Shown: positions 43,385-58,016 of the stretch, piece after piece | Numbering within the stretch: the first letter of the stretch is position 1 | Layout of the letters: each line of letters begins with the position of its first letter | DNA from: Octopus vulgaris | Lineage: Eukaryota | Length of the DNA stretch: 64,000 nucleotides | Direction: 5' to 3' | NCBI GenBank assembly: GCA_951406725.2 | Contig: OX597817.1 | Coordinates: 49,910,001 to 49,974,000 of the forward strand | Made by a program: the position numbers and the translations under genes | The notes under the pieces: model-generated | Databases searched by the model: none | What the model was told of the DNA's origin: nothing | Seen by the model: only the letters and a program-made list of their open reading frames with translations

Positions 43385-43403
43385 ATATATATGTATATAT
43401 ATG

Positions 43404-43491
<88 letters not shown>

Positions 43492-43673
43492 AGATCGCTA
43501 TACACCAAACCATTTCTATTTTCTCTCCCTGTTTATTTCTGTATTCCTTTCTGTCGAATAGCGTAGGCTCGAAACATAAAAGACTTTCTCACTTCTCGAC
43601 CGTTAAACTATTACATCTGTTTGCTGGTTTGCACTCCCGTCTTCGTCTTTTGTTTTTTTTTTTTGAATTCTCA

Positions 43674-43777
<104 letters not shown>

Positions 43778-43789
43778 GGTCCATAATAT

Positions 43790-45625
43790 ATATATGGACA
43801 ACAGAATTCAAGGTGGGGTCGGGCAAAAGTTGAGAAGGGAAGGATAATGGTGTGGATATCTCTCGACTAGAAAGTTCAGGAATACATTCTGTGGCCATGT
43901 CAGTTTTGCTGTTTATATGAGCAGCCCAGCTTATGTTGTTGTCCACAATTACTCCCAAGTCTCTGATGTTGTTGGATGTCATGAGAGTTTCACCTGAAGG
44001 AAAGGAGTATGGGAGTTTTAGGGTATGCTCTTTTCCAGAGCGGACTAATTCAAATTTATCCTAGTTCAGTAGCATATTATTCTTTGCCGCTCATTGAATG
44101 ACAGCCAGTACATCTGACTGAAGGCATGTCCGGTCACCCACTTCATTGATGACCTTCTGGATCTTGGAATCATCTGCAAAGATTTTTATGTTACTGTACT
44201 TGATGTTGTCGGTAATTTCATTGATATAAATGATGAAAAGAAATGGGCCCAACACAGTGCCTTGTGGAACACCACTACTGACTTTGGCTGGGCTTGATTT
44301 TACTCCCTCGGCTACAACGTGTTGAGTTCTGCCTGTCAGGAAACCCTTGATCCATTGTAATAACTTTCCAGAAACACCAATGTTGGATACTTTTTTCAAA
44401 AGGATCTTATGATGAACCCTGTCAAAGGTCTTGCTGAAATCAAGGGAGATGACATCAATATTCCAGCCCTGTCCCAGAGCTCTCAAAATGTCATCAAACT
44501 GATGCAGGAGCTGTGTTAGGCACTTCTTTCCATTACGGAACCCATGTTGATTGGGGTTCAACAGTCTGTTGCTTTCAAGAAAGTGGGTTATGAGTGATCT
44601 CACCATCCTCTCAAATACCTTGATGATATAAGAGGTGAGTGATATCGAAGGGTAGATCACTGCAAGGGACTTGTTTCCCTTTTTGAAAACAGGGACAACA
44701 AACTGGGGTTGAAGGTTTTCAGGAATATAGCCAGCATCCAGTGAGTTCCTCCACAGATTAACAAGAGGGGATGCAAATTAGTGTCGACACACTTTTAGGA
44801 CACAGGCAAGGAACATTTCAGGGCCTACTGCTCAACTGTGTTTAATTTAATTTATTGCAACTAAGACATCAGAGGCGCCATACCTTCGATATAATGTGTT
44901 GAAGATTTAACATCACTTACACAGTCCAGATCGGCCATATCAGGATTGCTAAAAGCAGAGCAGTACTGTTTCTGCACTAATTCATGGTTTTGGCATTATC
45001 TTGAAGAGTGATATTTTCATTAATTAGAGGGCCAACAGTGGAGACAGCGACCATGTAGTTTTTCGTAAAAGAGAACACTTTGGGGTTAAGTTTGATTTTC
45101 TCAACGGTCCATTTCTCCTCAGCTGTTCTTTGATTATTGATGATGATCTTCATGTATTTTTGGAGGTTATATGTTTTTGATTCGAGTAGGGTGATAGCCG
45201 TCGAATTTATGTGTGGCTGTTGGCACACATAAATTTTTTTGTTTGTTCTTTTATTTCTCTGATAATAGTTTTTCTGTTTTGGGAAATTCTGCACTTAGTT
45301 CTCTTCACAGGTCTTGGTGGGGTGTGTTTAGCACACATGTTTATGACGGTGTCAACAAAGATCTGCCACGATATTTTGATGCTGGAGTTGGGGTGTGCCT
45401 GTGTGAAAGACCAGTCAACATGTGATAGCTCATTCATGATTCGTCCAAGACAGCATCATAGCGATGCATGGTATCAAATGGGTGGGCTGGAGAGAGGTCA
45501 CTAGGTTTGGCTTTCGGCTACTGGAATCTCGGTTACAAAGAAGCATGTCATGGACTGAAAGAAGAGTTTTCCCTCTGTAGTATTGTGTAGAGTGTTAGTG
45601 TGGTTACTAAACACAAGGTCTAAAA
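43790..45625 (-). mobile_element. CR1/Jockey-group LINE ORF2 remnant (end of APE to RT)
   Basis: LDLVFSN; SISLTSYIIKVFER, QHGFR, LDFSKTFDRV, SGVPQGTVLGPFLFIIYIN, FADDSKI, IRDLGVIVD. Confidence 0.9.
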
Positions 45626-45636
45626 CGATCTATACA

Positions 45637-45709
<73 letters not shown>

Positions 45710-45724
45710 TTATTATATAGAAGG

Positions 45725-45775
45725 AGCTTCTACAGGACTAGAACTGTTTCATTCAAGAGAAATCTTCAGGAAGCT
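45725..45775 (-). ncRNA. Hammerhead ribozyme motif (copy 1 of 3)
   Basis: Reverse complement of 47965-48015. Confidence 0.72.
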
Positions 45776-46051
45776 AGTTAACAAGAATTGTATTGGCATT
45801 TATACATTTAGGCAGGTTTATAGGGGTGGTGGTGGGGGACTTTTTGGGGGTAGGCATAGCGCAAAAAAATCATACTTGGGGGAGTGGTCAAGGAGTCAGT
45901 GGTAAATTAGATAGAAGAATAAATAAAAGAATAAAAAAAGAATAAAATACAAAAATATATAGAAGAATAGAGTTTTAGGTAAATAAGGAAATTCTCAACA
46001 CACACACATATACATACACACATACATACACACATACATACACACACACCC

Positions 46052-46082
<31 letters not shown>

Positions 46083-46098
46083 TATACATACATATATC

Positions 46099-46136
<38 letters not shown>

Positions 46137-46350
46137 CATATACATACATACACATATACATGCATACACATATACACACACACATGTATATATACACTCA
46201 CACGACCACACATACACATACACACAAAAAAATATGTACATACACACACATACACATACATACATACACACACATATCCACATACACACATGCACACACA
46301 ACACACAAGTCCCTATATACTCATATATACATATACACATATATGTATGT

Positions 46351-46440
<90 letters not shown>

Positions 46441-46893
46441 CATACACATGTGTACCTATTCATACCTACACATACACACATATATACATACAATTACAAA
46501 CCCATTCCCTAATTTTAATTTTATTATCTTCATTTATTACTTTTGTTATCTTTGACCGCTGGTCACAAACATCTTGGCTAGTCCCTTTTATCTTTCTACT
46601 TGAGCACAAGCACTCACTCACGCACGCACACTCATTAGCACGCACACACACTCTCATTCGTACACTCATACACATACACGCACGCACGCGTTATATTCAT
46701 ACATACATACATCTACATACACGTATATACACATACGTACGCGTACCTACAGATTCATGTCTACAATCTTAGAAGACTAGTCTATACATATACACCAAAT
46801 ATATATACACACATACATATACACCTACATACAAATACATACATACATATATATACACACATATATATATATACATACACACATACACATATA

Positions 46894-46925
<32 letters not shown>

Positions 46926-47324
46926 CACATATATACATATATATACATACACATATACATACACATATCCGCATACATACATACATACACCCATACATAC
47001 ATACATATATACACACATACACACACCCACACGTATACATATACATACATATACGCGCATGCATACACATACAAATACATACACATGTGCGTGCGTGTAT
47101 GTGTATGAGTGTACGAATGAGAGTGTGTGTGCGTGCTAATGAGTGTGCGTGCGTGAGTGAGTGCTTGTGCTCAAGTAGAAAGATAAAAGGGACTAGCCAA
47201 GATGTTTGTGACCAGCGGTCAAAGATAACAAAAGTAATAAATGAAGATAATAAAATTAAAATTAGGGAATGGGTTTGTAATTGTATGTATATATGTGTGT
47301 ATGTGTAGGTATGAATAGGTACAC

Positions 47325-47392
<68 letters not shown>

Positions 47393-47606
47393 ACATACAT
47401 ATATGTGTATATGTATATATGAGTATATAGGGACTTGTGTGTTGTGTGTGCATGTGTGTATGTGGATATGTGTGTGTATGTATGTATGTGTATGTGTGTG
47501 TATGTACATATTTTTTTGTGTGTATGTGTATGTGTGGTCGTGTGAGTGTATATATACATGTGTGTGTGTATATGTGTATGCATGTATATGTGTATGTATG
47601 TATATG

Positions 47607-47644
<38 letters not shown>

Positions 47645-47660
47645 GATATATGTATGTATA

Positions 47661-47703
<43 letters not shown>

Positions 47704-47964
47704 GTGTGTGTGTATGTATGTGTGTATGTATATGTGTGTGTGTTGAGAATTTCCTTATTTACCTAAAACTCTATTCTTCTATATATTTTTGTATTTTATT
47801 CTTTTTTTATTCTTTTATTTATTCTTCTATCTAATTTACCACTGACTCCTTGACCACTCCCCAAGTATGATTTTTTTGCGCTATGCCTACCCCAAAAAAG
47901 TCCCCCACCACCACCCCTATAAACCTGCCTAAATGTATAAATGCCAATACAATTCTTGTTAACT

Positions 47965-48015
47965 AGCTTCCTGAAGATTTCTCTTGAATGAAACAGTTCT
48001 AGTCCTGTAGAAGCT
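47965..48015 (+). ncRNA. Hammerhead ribozyme motif (copy 2 of 3)
   Basis: agcttc-CTGAAGA-t TTC tctt GAA t-GAA-ACAG ttctagtc CTGT-A-gaagct. Confidence 0.72.
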
Positions 48016-48098
48016 CCTTCTATATAATAAATTAATTTTACTCTGCTATGTATTGAGTACCTTATTTACTGTGGTTAACCCCGAATCAACCCGGGACC

Positions 48099-48169
<71 letters not shown>

Positions 48170-48201
48170 ATTTATATGTATATATATGTATACATAAATA
48201 C

Positions 48202-48313
<112 letters not shown>

Positions 48314-48421
48314 TTATGTATGTATAAGAAATAATTGAGATTCAGTTGAATTAGGTACTTAAGTTGAAGCACCAAGTCAGCCCGCTATTATCAGCACAGC
48401 TCGAAGTAAGGTGAATAAAAT

Positions 48422-48469
<48 letters not shown>

Positions 48470-49270
48470 ACATATAATATATATATCATATATATATATT
48501 ATAAAATTGAAGAACATCTGATAAACAAGACTTAACATAACATTAATAATTATTTATACGCATAAAGAAAATTTATCGTGCAAAAATTTGTCGTATGAAA
48601 AGTTCATATGATTTTCTGTAGTTATATTTTTACCGTCGATTTTTAATGATTTATTCTTTGTAAAGCTTCACCTGAACATACCTTCTCGAAACTTCCCCCG
48701 ATGAGTTTTGTTTTCCCCGTTTTTGCTGAAATAAAATTTTTGTTATTACTCTTTTTTTTCACTACAAATGTTGTTTTACCAATTTTCTATTTTGATAACG
48801 ACATGTACAATTTTTCTAATGTCATTTCAATGAAAAACGAAATGCTACTCAGGAATTCTAATTTGATATTTAAAAGCCGTTTGAAAGAAAATTATGTTGG
48901 CTCATGATATAAACGAACATGTTCTTCTTGAAGAATGACCTCAATATGAAGAAACTTATTACCATATCATGTTCCACAGATTTCGTCTGGAGAAAAACGA
49001 TTTGATTGATAATTTAATTCCTGCTCAGCAACATTTAATCTCAAACCAACATGAAAAGAACCTTACTATTGATGCTTATTCAAAAATTAAAGAAGTTTCA
49101 AAATGTCAATTATTGTCAATGTTTGTCATCTAATTTCTGAATAGATTAAATATAATTCTCCAGCCTATACCATAGTTGATAAATGAAAGAACTGCATCAC
49201 TGATAACGCTGACCAATAAGGATAACTAACGAGGGTCGCTTGCAACAAGGATCAATAAAAAAGTGGGTCA

Positions 49271-49474
49271 AAGCTGGTCAAAGCCGGTCAAAGCCGTCCA
49301 GAGACAGTGATGTCATTGTTATGCAAATTATGGTACCATTGCATATAAGCTGGTGAAAGCCGGCCAAAGCCGTCCAGAGACAGTGATGGCATTGTTATGC
49401 AAATTATGGTACCATTGCATATAAGCTGGTCAAAGCCGGTCAAAGCCGTCCAGAGACAGTGATGGCATTGTTAT
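49271..49474. repeat. 76-bp tandem repeat, ~2.7 units
   Basis: Units start at 49271, 49347 and 49423. Confidence 0.92.
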
Positions 49475-49505
49475 AATATATATATATGATATATATATTA
49501 TATGT

Positions 49506-49547
<42 letters not shown>

Positions 49548-49667
49548 ATTTTATTCACCTTACTTCGAGCTGTGCTGATAATAGCGGGCTGACTTGGTGC
49601 TTCAACTTAAGTACCTAATTCAACTGAATCTCAATTATTTCTTATACATACATAAATATATATATAC

Positions 49668-49753
<86 letters not shown>

Positions 49754-49783
49754 GTATTTATGTATACATATATATACATATAA

Positions 49784-49843
<60 letters not shown>

Positions 49844-49929
49844 GTAGGTCCCGGGTTGATTCGGGGTTAACCACAGTAAATAAGGTATTCAATACATAGC
49901 AGAGTAAAATTAATTTATTATATAGAAGG

Positions 49930-49980
49930 AGCTTCTACAGGACTAGAACTGTTTCATTCAAGAGAAATCTTCAGGAAGCT
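49930..49980 (-). ncRNA. Hammerhead ribozyme motif (copy 3 of 3)
   Basis: Identical to 45725-45775. Confidence 0.72.
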
Positions 49981-49998
49981 AGTTAACAAGAATTGTAT

Positions 49999-51100
49999 AT
50001 TTCAATGATTACTTCATTCAATGGAATAAAAGCATAGCAAAACTAAAAGAGTTCAAAACACTTCTTGATGGAGTTAGCAAAAATATGCAGTTCACCATGG
50101 AATATTGTCAAAACGGTTGTGTTGACGCCCCCAGACGATGAAGCAGGCTAGCCCAATACATAGATATTGATGGAGAAGCCTAGACGTCAAGAGAACAGTT
50201 GAGTAGCGGAGAGAGTACAGAAGAGTTGAGTAGAAGGCATCCGAACGTGCGACATAACAAAAACCAACCCCCATTTTTAGATACCTTAAAAAAAAGTCAC
50301 CAACTAAATAGGGATAACAATATTTGCCTTTCAATTTGTGCCATCCAAGACACACCAAGAGAAATGTCCGTTATAACTTAGCCAAAAAGATGTGCACAAT
50401 TGTGTCATATAAAAACATACGTGACATAAAACTTCAGGAACTAATGACGCTTCAATACAGGAGTTATCAACTATTCTTAATCAATAAGTAATTCAACATC
50501 CAGGAACTAAAACAAGCCCCAACCCCACTGAAAAAATATCAGAATTGAAAGTCTTATATTTTTTCACCTCTAATTCTGAAGACAATGAAGCTTTCACCAT
50601 CATATCTCAGAATACATTGACATTGAAAAAGGAACCAAATCTTCCAAAAACATAACATCATAAAAAGCAGAAGACGGTCCCTACAAAAGAAAAATAAATA
50701 AATAAATAACAAAGGCCAAACTTCTCCCAATAATAACAGGACCAACAGTAAAAATGCACAAGATTCAATTGTGATATATGTCATGTCTGAAATCCGTTTC
50801 TGACATGAACAATTTTTCACAATGAAAATTAACTTCACATCGGAAAACTTAATCTGGGCAATTACATGGTCAAGAAAAAGAGAAAACTACTTAGGACAAA
50901 CAAAAATATCCAAAAGATAACACATAACACTGTATAGATCCAGATTAAAATACCGGAATACAGGCAAAAAGAATTCAGGGAAAATATAGACGCAGGTATA
51001 CACCTGCGTCTATATTTTCCCTGAAGCCACCAAATTTTACGATCTTCCCCTTGTACCAATTTGCCGATTGCACATCACAACAAAAAGCGTGACTAAACTA
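49999..51100 (+). mobile_element. Heavily decayed Penelope-like ORF (RT C-terminal part to GIY-YIG)
   Basis: NDYFIQWNKS...QFTMEY, PFLD, QYLPFNLCHPRHTKRNVRYNLAKKMCTIV, INFTSENLIWAI, NYLGQT, QIKIPEYR, FTIFPLYQ; homologous to 22192-22570. Confidence 0.8.
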
Positions 51101-51232
51101 CAACTGATTCTACTGACACTGCTGATGCTCTTACTAATACCACGGATTCTACTTATTCGGTCACTATTGCCATCACTACTGCTACGACCACTATCCATAT
51201 TCTTACGACCGAGGGACAAGAACAAGTCACTC

Positions 51233-51277
<45 letters not shown>

Positions 51278-51519
51278 ATAATAATAATAATCCTTTCTAA
51301 TATAGGCACAAGGCCTGAAATTTGGAGGAAAGGGGTAGTCAATTACAGTGACCCCAGTACTCAACTAGTACTTAATTTATCGACTTGCTGCTTCTTACTG
51401 GGAATGATACAACCACAAGTACGAAGGCTGCTACCAATACTCCTGTTGCTACTAACAGTCACTCGTGAAAAACCAGCATTACCAGCAAGGAACAGGGCTA
51501 CTACTTCTAACAAAATTGT

Positions 51520-51567
<48 letters not shown>

Positions 51568-52139
51568 GTAGCCATCAGAAGGAAACCAACTACCAGCACC
51601 ATATGAGTTTGTGAGGAAAACGTGAATTTCAAGAACTGATGCCATGAAAGAATAATTAAATTTATTTCAATTTATTTTCCCTTACAGTTGCTTCAGCAAA
51701 TCATACTTTAAACTACTGAACCTGAAATGGTAATATTTTCTTTTGTCTACGATGAAGTTCTCAGTGATGTTTTCGTTTTAATTCTTTAATACAAATTTAC
51801 TCTTGTAGAACACATTAACCTTTTCACTCTTTCAATAATCGTAGGCATACATGCATACATGCATACATACATACACACACACATATATATATATCCATAC
51901 ATGCATGCATACATACATACATATATATCTACATACATGCGTACATACATACATACATACATACATGCATACATACATGCTTACATACATACATACATAC
52001 ATGCATACATACATACATACATACATACATACATACATACATACATGCATGCATACATACATACATACATACATACATACATACACACATACATATATGC
52101 ATACATACATATATATATCTACATACATGCATGCATACA

Positions 52140-53510
52140 TTATGGCTGCCCCCTCGTTATCGAGTATGGCCATTGCACGAAGCTTAACTGTTACTGATGC
52201 TGTGATCGAATGCGGCTTTTTAGCCCAGCTAAAGATCTACAATGTCTTGTACAAAATTGGCAACTAAGACCTTTACTGGTAATAGCCGGCTGTAGTTGTA
52301 ACTGGGCTTCATGTACCTTTGCATGTCGTTTAAGTCTTCCTGCCGAATTACACTCCCTTCCACATGCCCGACAGATATGATTAGTATGGTGTGTTACACC
52401 ACCACCAGTGGCCAGGTTGTCACTCATCTGTCTCGTTTTATGACTACGAAGATGACTCATGATTCCAGTTTTACTGAGGCAGGGTCTTGCACAGACATTG
52501 CATGTCAGAATCAAAGGAAGACCCTTCCCTTCTGGAAGTGTAACAGCGATGCCCTTCCTGACATCCCTCCTTACTTTCTCATGTGCAACTCGAGATTTCT
52601 CAAACGTGACTGTCTCCTCATACACAATCCTTCTCCACCTGCTACGATCAATAGCTATGCCTTCCCATGTGTCAGGTGAGATGCAAGCATCTCTTAAGGA
52701 AGCCTTCAGCAAGTCCTTATGCCTCTTTTTTGGTTTATGTGGAGGTCGTTCTCCTTTAGCTAACTCTCCATAAAAGAGTTGTTTTGGCATCCTTGAATCC
52801 TTCATTCTGACCAGATGACCACTCCATCTGAGCCTTTGCTTTAACACAAGAGCTTCTATACTTACACACCGAGAGCCTTCGAGTATTCCAAGATCACTGA
52901 TGCGGTCCTTCCACTTAATGCTATAGATCCGTCTGAGACACATCTGATGGAAACGTTCCAGATGTTTAAGGTGGTATCGATATGCGACCCACGTCTCGCA
53001 GGCATAGAGAAGGGAGCACACATGCCTTGTACACCTTTATCTTTGTCTTTCTGCATATGTCGCCCCGACTCCAGAGGCGCTTTTTTAGCCTTCCGAAAGC
53101 AACACTTGCTTTCCTAATTCTGTAGGGAACTTCATCATCCACATTGCCATATTTATTAATAGTGCTTCCCAGATAGACAAACTGATCGACTACATCAAGT
53201 TGTTTACCATTCACATAGATATTTGGTACACTATACTGCTTACCATGACAACAGTTTTCTTGAGATTGACTGTCAATCCTAAGGCAGTGGAAGCATCAGA
53301 GAATGCATTCAAAATGTGTTGCATATCAATCTCTGTGTGTGCTACTAGTTCATAATCATCAGCATACAAAAGGTCTCTTATGATAGAGGTAAATATCTTT
53401 GTTTTTGCAGCAAAGCGCCTGATATTAAATATGCTGCCAGAGGTTTGATAATGGACGTAAACACCGCATCTGCAGTTTCTGAATGCAATACAGAACACCA
53501 TCGCGAAATA
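52140..53510 (-). mobile_element. RTE/BovB-like LINE, 5'-truncated, frameshifted, with C-terminal C2H2 fingers
   Basis: LLYADD, GLTVNLKKTVVM, FVYLGS, RIRKASVAFGRL, LLYACETW, RLRWSGHLVRM, PKQLFYGEL; flanked by (CATA)n. Confidence 0.92.
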
Positions 53511-53560
53511 TATGCATACATACATACATACATACATACATACATACATACATACATACA

Positions 53561-53593
<33 letters not shown>

Positions 53594-53699
53594 CTACATA
53601 CATGCATGCATACATACATACATACATACATACATACATACATACATACATACATACATACGTACACACACACACACACACAAGCACACATACATACTA

Positions 53700-54038
53700 C
53701 GACACTCCGACGGTTGCGGCTACGAGGGTTCCAGTTGATCCCATCAACGGAAGAGCCTGTTCGTGAAATTAATGTGCAAGTGGTTGAGCACTCCATAGAT
53801 ACGTGCACCCACGACGTAGTTCTCGGGGAGATTCAGCCTGATACAGGGTATGACAAGGATGGCCCCTTGAAATACAAATACAACAGAAATAGTAAGAAAG
53901 AGTGAAAGCTGTGGTGAGAGAGTACACCAGGGTTCGCCACCACCCTCTGCCGGTTCCTCGTAGAGCTCAATAAACACTCACACCACCCGGTCTATGACCG
54001 CGAGTCCGCTGCCCTAACCTCTACGCCATTGTGCCTCC
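53700..54038 (-). mobile_element. SINE family C
   Basis: Homologous to 18422-18802. Confidence 0.8.
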
Positions 54039-54099
54039 ACATGCACACATACATACATACATACATACATACATACATACATACATACATAGTGACGTA

Positions 54100-54690
54100 A
54101 ACCTCTTCTACCTAAAACGTAAACAAAGCGGCAGAGGCTTAATATTCCTTTGGCAACATCTTTTAACCACCAAGTGACAAAGTGCATCCCTTGACCAAGT
54201 TTGAATACATGAGGCTGATACCATCTTAAGACTTGGAAGGCAGCTCCTTGAGCAACGCTCTTTGTTTGATAACCTAGAATACATGCGCAAAAATGTCGCA
54301 CGACTCTACCACAACATATCATCAGATGAAAGGATGAGCCTATATGAGCAGAAGTCTATGGATGGATATGTTAGTAGAAAGCTCCGTGATGATAGTAACA
54401 TCGATAATCAAAGCAGTTTATGATGGATGAATAGCTGGATTACTACCTCCCACTTTGAAGGTATGCGTTTGTAATATAGGAATAGGAAACGCCAACCAAG
54501 CATCTGATGCACAAAAGGGATAGAAATGCAGGGAAACCTGTAAAATGTGACAACCGATGCAGACTTTGTGGAATTCACACTGAATATATCACTCACATCA
54601 TAAGCAGTTGTCCGAAAATGACATCACGTATTACCTACCAATGAGACATGACATTGCAGCTAGGTCACTCTACAATGAAATCCGTCGGCT
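54100..54690 (+). mobile_element. Decayed R4-clade LINE fragment
   Basis: FYLKRKQSGRGLI; RCRLCGIHTEYITHIISSCPKM..YLPMRHDIAA. Confidence 0.8.
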
Positions 54691-55038
54691 TTACTTCCAT
54701 TCACGCCAGCTTAATTTAATTCGTCTTTAGTCGAAAGACAGCTGTTGTTATGTTATTTGAATTTGTGTAACCTTTTCCGTTTTTTCTGTCCTTGTTTTCG
54801 TATACTTTCGATGCTTTCTTCCAAGAAATCAAATGTTCTTAGCTTAGTTTTTCCTTGGGGCTGGCGAACAATCTCGAGTATAACCAGCCGAAATTGCAAA
54901 GATAATCTGGAACTCGACTGAGGAAAGAAAACTCCGAATGACCCGTCCTTGTTTTCTTTGTATCGTCTATCTGGATGTTTTGTTGTTCCTTTCTTGTATC
55001 ATCTAATTGTCTAGATGTTTTGCATTCTTGTCCCATTT

Positions 55039-55174
<136 letters not shown>

Positions 55175-55382
55175 GTAATATATGTGACAATTATTCGGTT
55201 GCCCAATAATTGTCACATATTATATTGCAGATAAATTCCTCTTTTTACATAATATTGAGATCTCTTTCATTCTTTTGTTGTTATACTATTACTATTATTC
55301 GGTGATCAGTAAATAAATTTTACTGATAATATGATATATTTGCAAAGGGGTTGCAGTCATCTCAGCCAGCGAGACTGCCTAC

Positions 55383-55428
55383 CCTGAATTGACGACGAGC
55401 AATAGACTCAGAAACATATGTCTTCAGG
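55383..55428 (+). ncRNA. Hammerhead ribozyme motif (U3 variant)
   Basis: cctgaa-TTGACGA-c GAG caataga CTC a-GAA-ACATATGT-C-ttcagg. Confidence 0.68.
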
Positions 55429-56066
55429 TGCTTAGTCCCACCTGGCGGGGGTGATTGCCTCCCCTTTGCAAATATAAGGACACAGAAAATGTGTCAAAGC
55501 CGACAGGAGACGTCGATGTTTCCTAGGGCTAAATGGCGGTGGTGTAATTCCCTTACGGGACTGTCACATTGAGTTGACAGTATACGACCACTATATATAT
55601 ATATATCTTCAATTGATGTGGAACCCATACTTTAAGCCTACTGACATGGCAAAGTTGATGCAGATACTTTTCAAAGCTCGATTTGGATATCTGCAGAATA
55701 TCTGTGGTCATCCTGGTGGGGTTGGTGTCCACTAGCTAATTCATTTTGTCGTTGTTAATTTTAGTTGGCCAGCCTGAGCGAGGACCCCCAAATATTCCCA
55801 ATGGAAACCTTGTAAACCACTTCTGGCATACAGGTTCCCTAACTGCATCCCCTCTGTACACAACGAATATTTACCTGCAAGTTTCCGCCACTTTCTTGCC
55901 TTTTCTTAAAAGAAAAAAGCCCACGAGGTGTCAATAATGTTCAATTTAGTTCACCATTTTCAGTGTGATCCCAAGCACACATCTTGTAGAACCTGTCACG
56001 TTGCGAGTTCGTGTCAAACTACGCTGAACTGTCAAGTATCTAACGAGTGAGCATGCGCAATGGACA

Positions 56067-56570
56067 TACCGTAAATCCTCGAGTATAGTCCGCCCTTGAG
56101 TATAATACGCAGGGGTTTTTTAGGGGGCTGTACCTCTGAAAAACCTAAACCTTGTGTATAATACGCACCCCTTCTCTAACTTGAGTCAAGGAGGTCTATA
56201 TAACGTCCTTGGTTTGTAAAACTGTATACGGTAACGTCCTTTATTATTATTGTATATATAACATAATGCAAACGTGTAGCTTTTTTATGCATTTTGTTAG
56301 CAGAAAATAAAGAAATAACAGTAATAACGTTTAATAAATGTTGCTTATTGCAAGTTATGGATGATTCTTTTATGACTTCATTGCTTTCAGGCTTAGCTTA
56401 AGGTATTTTCGCGCCGACATCACAAAATGCGTCTGAATAAACATTGCCGGACAGCAAATAGAGACTCTGACATTGCTTAGAAAATAATTTTCATTTTTAA
56501 TCTCGTATATAGTACGCTCTGGGGATTTTGACCTTTAAATTTTGGGGAAAAAAAGCGGATTATACTCGAG
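56067..56570 (+). mobile_element. Non-autonomous DNA transposon (Tc2/pogo-like MITE)
   Basis: Starts taccgtaaatcctcgagtatagtccgc, ends gcggattatactcgag (inverted); the end sequence recurs at 34533-34577. Confidence 0.65.
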
Positions 56571-57429
56571 TGTTCAAAGTTTAGTATCCACAAAATACCA
56601 AATATACTTTTTGGCCAGTCGTACGTATCCACTGTCAAACACATACTCGGACAAATTTAATCTTCACTGATTTATATGGTATAAACCAGTGAAGACTAAA
56701 TTTGTCTAAGTATGCGTTTGACGTGCAATGATAAAGAAATGTTTTGGTTGCCTTGGCAGCTCGTTTTTCGTCTTTTACTGACTTACTTTTGTATTTGTTA
56801 GTACTATCCATCTAGACAAGCAGCTTTCTGAAGCCGAATGCTACAATCTTCTTTTGATTTTTGGTAGTATATTCACGTTGAATAAGATATACAAAATGCT
56901 AGTATATTTTCATAAACTGGATTATTTCTTTATTCCTAAAGATTTCGTGCAACTAACACTTACCGGAGAAGTTTATGCGTTTGTGTGTGTTGGCGCGTAT
57001 GTATGTATTTACATTCACAAATCCACTCTCATATACATACATACATACATACATACATACATACATACATACATACATACATACATACATACGCGTACAC
57101 ACTCACACACAAACACACACATACACATTTAGATACGCACAAAAGCAAGAAAAAAATGCACGTAGTTCTGTCAGAATTAGTTAGTACTTGACTGATTTCC
57201 ATGCAAGTTAATAGCTCGTCAGGCATATGGAGATCGAGTAACAGGAAATGAGACAAATTCAAGACGGCTTCTAGATGCTAGGCCTCTGTTGATCAACTCA
57301 GATCACGCGGTGTTATTTGTATGGAATCGTTCTCAGATTCACTTTGTTGGACAAGATATTGGTTGGTTGCTCTCGGCGCTTTGCCTGGAGCTTGCAGTAT
57401 TGTTATGTAACAAAGCGATGAGCCGAATT

Positions 57430-57647
57430 AAGGCGGCGAGCTGGCAGAAACGTTAGCATGCCGGACGAAATGCGTAGCCGTATTTCGTCTGACGTTACGT
57501 TCTGAGTTCAAATTCCGCCGAGGTCGACTTTGCCTTTCATCCTCTCGGGGTCGATAAATTAAGTACCAGTTACGCACTGGGGTCGATATAATCGACTCAA
57601 TCCGTTTGTCTGTCCTTGTTTGTCCCCTTGTGGGTAGTAAAAAATAG
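57430..57647 (+). mobile_element. SINE family A with 16-bp TSD gtattgttatgtaaca
   Basis: Duplication at 57397-57412 and 57648-57663. Confidence 0.88.
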
Positions 57648-58016
57648 GTATTGTTATGTAACAACATCAGTTCATTGCATTTGCAGCCACACATAGCAGA
57701 GCGGGATGTTATCGCGGGTTAGTAGAAAGCTACAGCTAAAGAATGCACAGACTTTTCGCGGAACTAATCAGACTAATACGGCCAGCAATGTTTAGCTGCC
57801 AAGCAGTTGAGTACAGAGCAGATAATGCTAAGGTGGTATATCTGGATGGTTGGGTGCCAGTGGGTTGAAGTTCATTAACACAGCATACCCTCAGTGGTAA
57901 CAGTCATATGATTCAATCTTCCTGTTGATAGATACTGTAGGTTGGTTGATGTGTAATCTTTCACGGAGGCAGTTGTGAGCTCCAGGCGAGTTACGGCGGG
58001 ACCTTGTCAATGGTGG

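Noticed and set aside
49271-49474. CRISPR-like repeat array
   Set aside because: Whole units are repeated with no unique spacers, no cas genes, eukaryotic context.
51068-51571. 167-aa Leu/Thr-rich ORF resembling a membrane protein
   Set aside because: Built from (CTA)n repeats and a SINE fragment.
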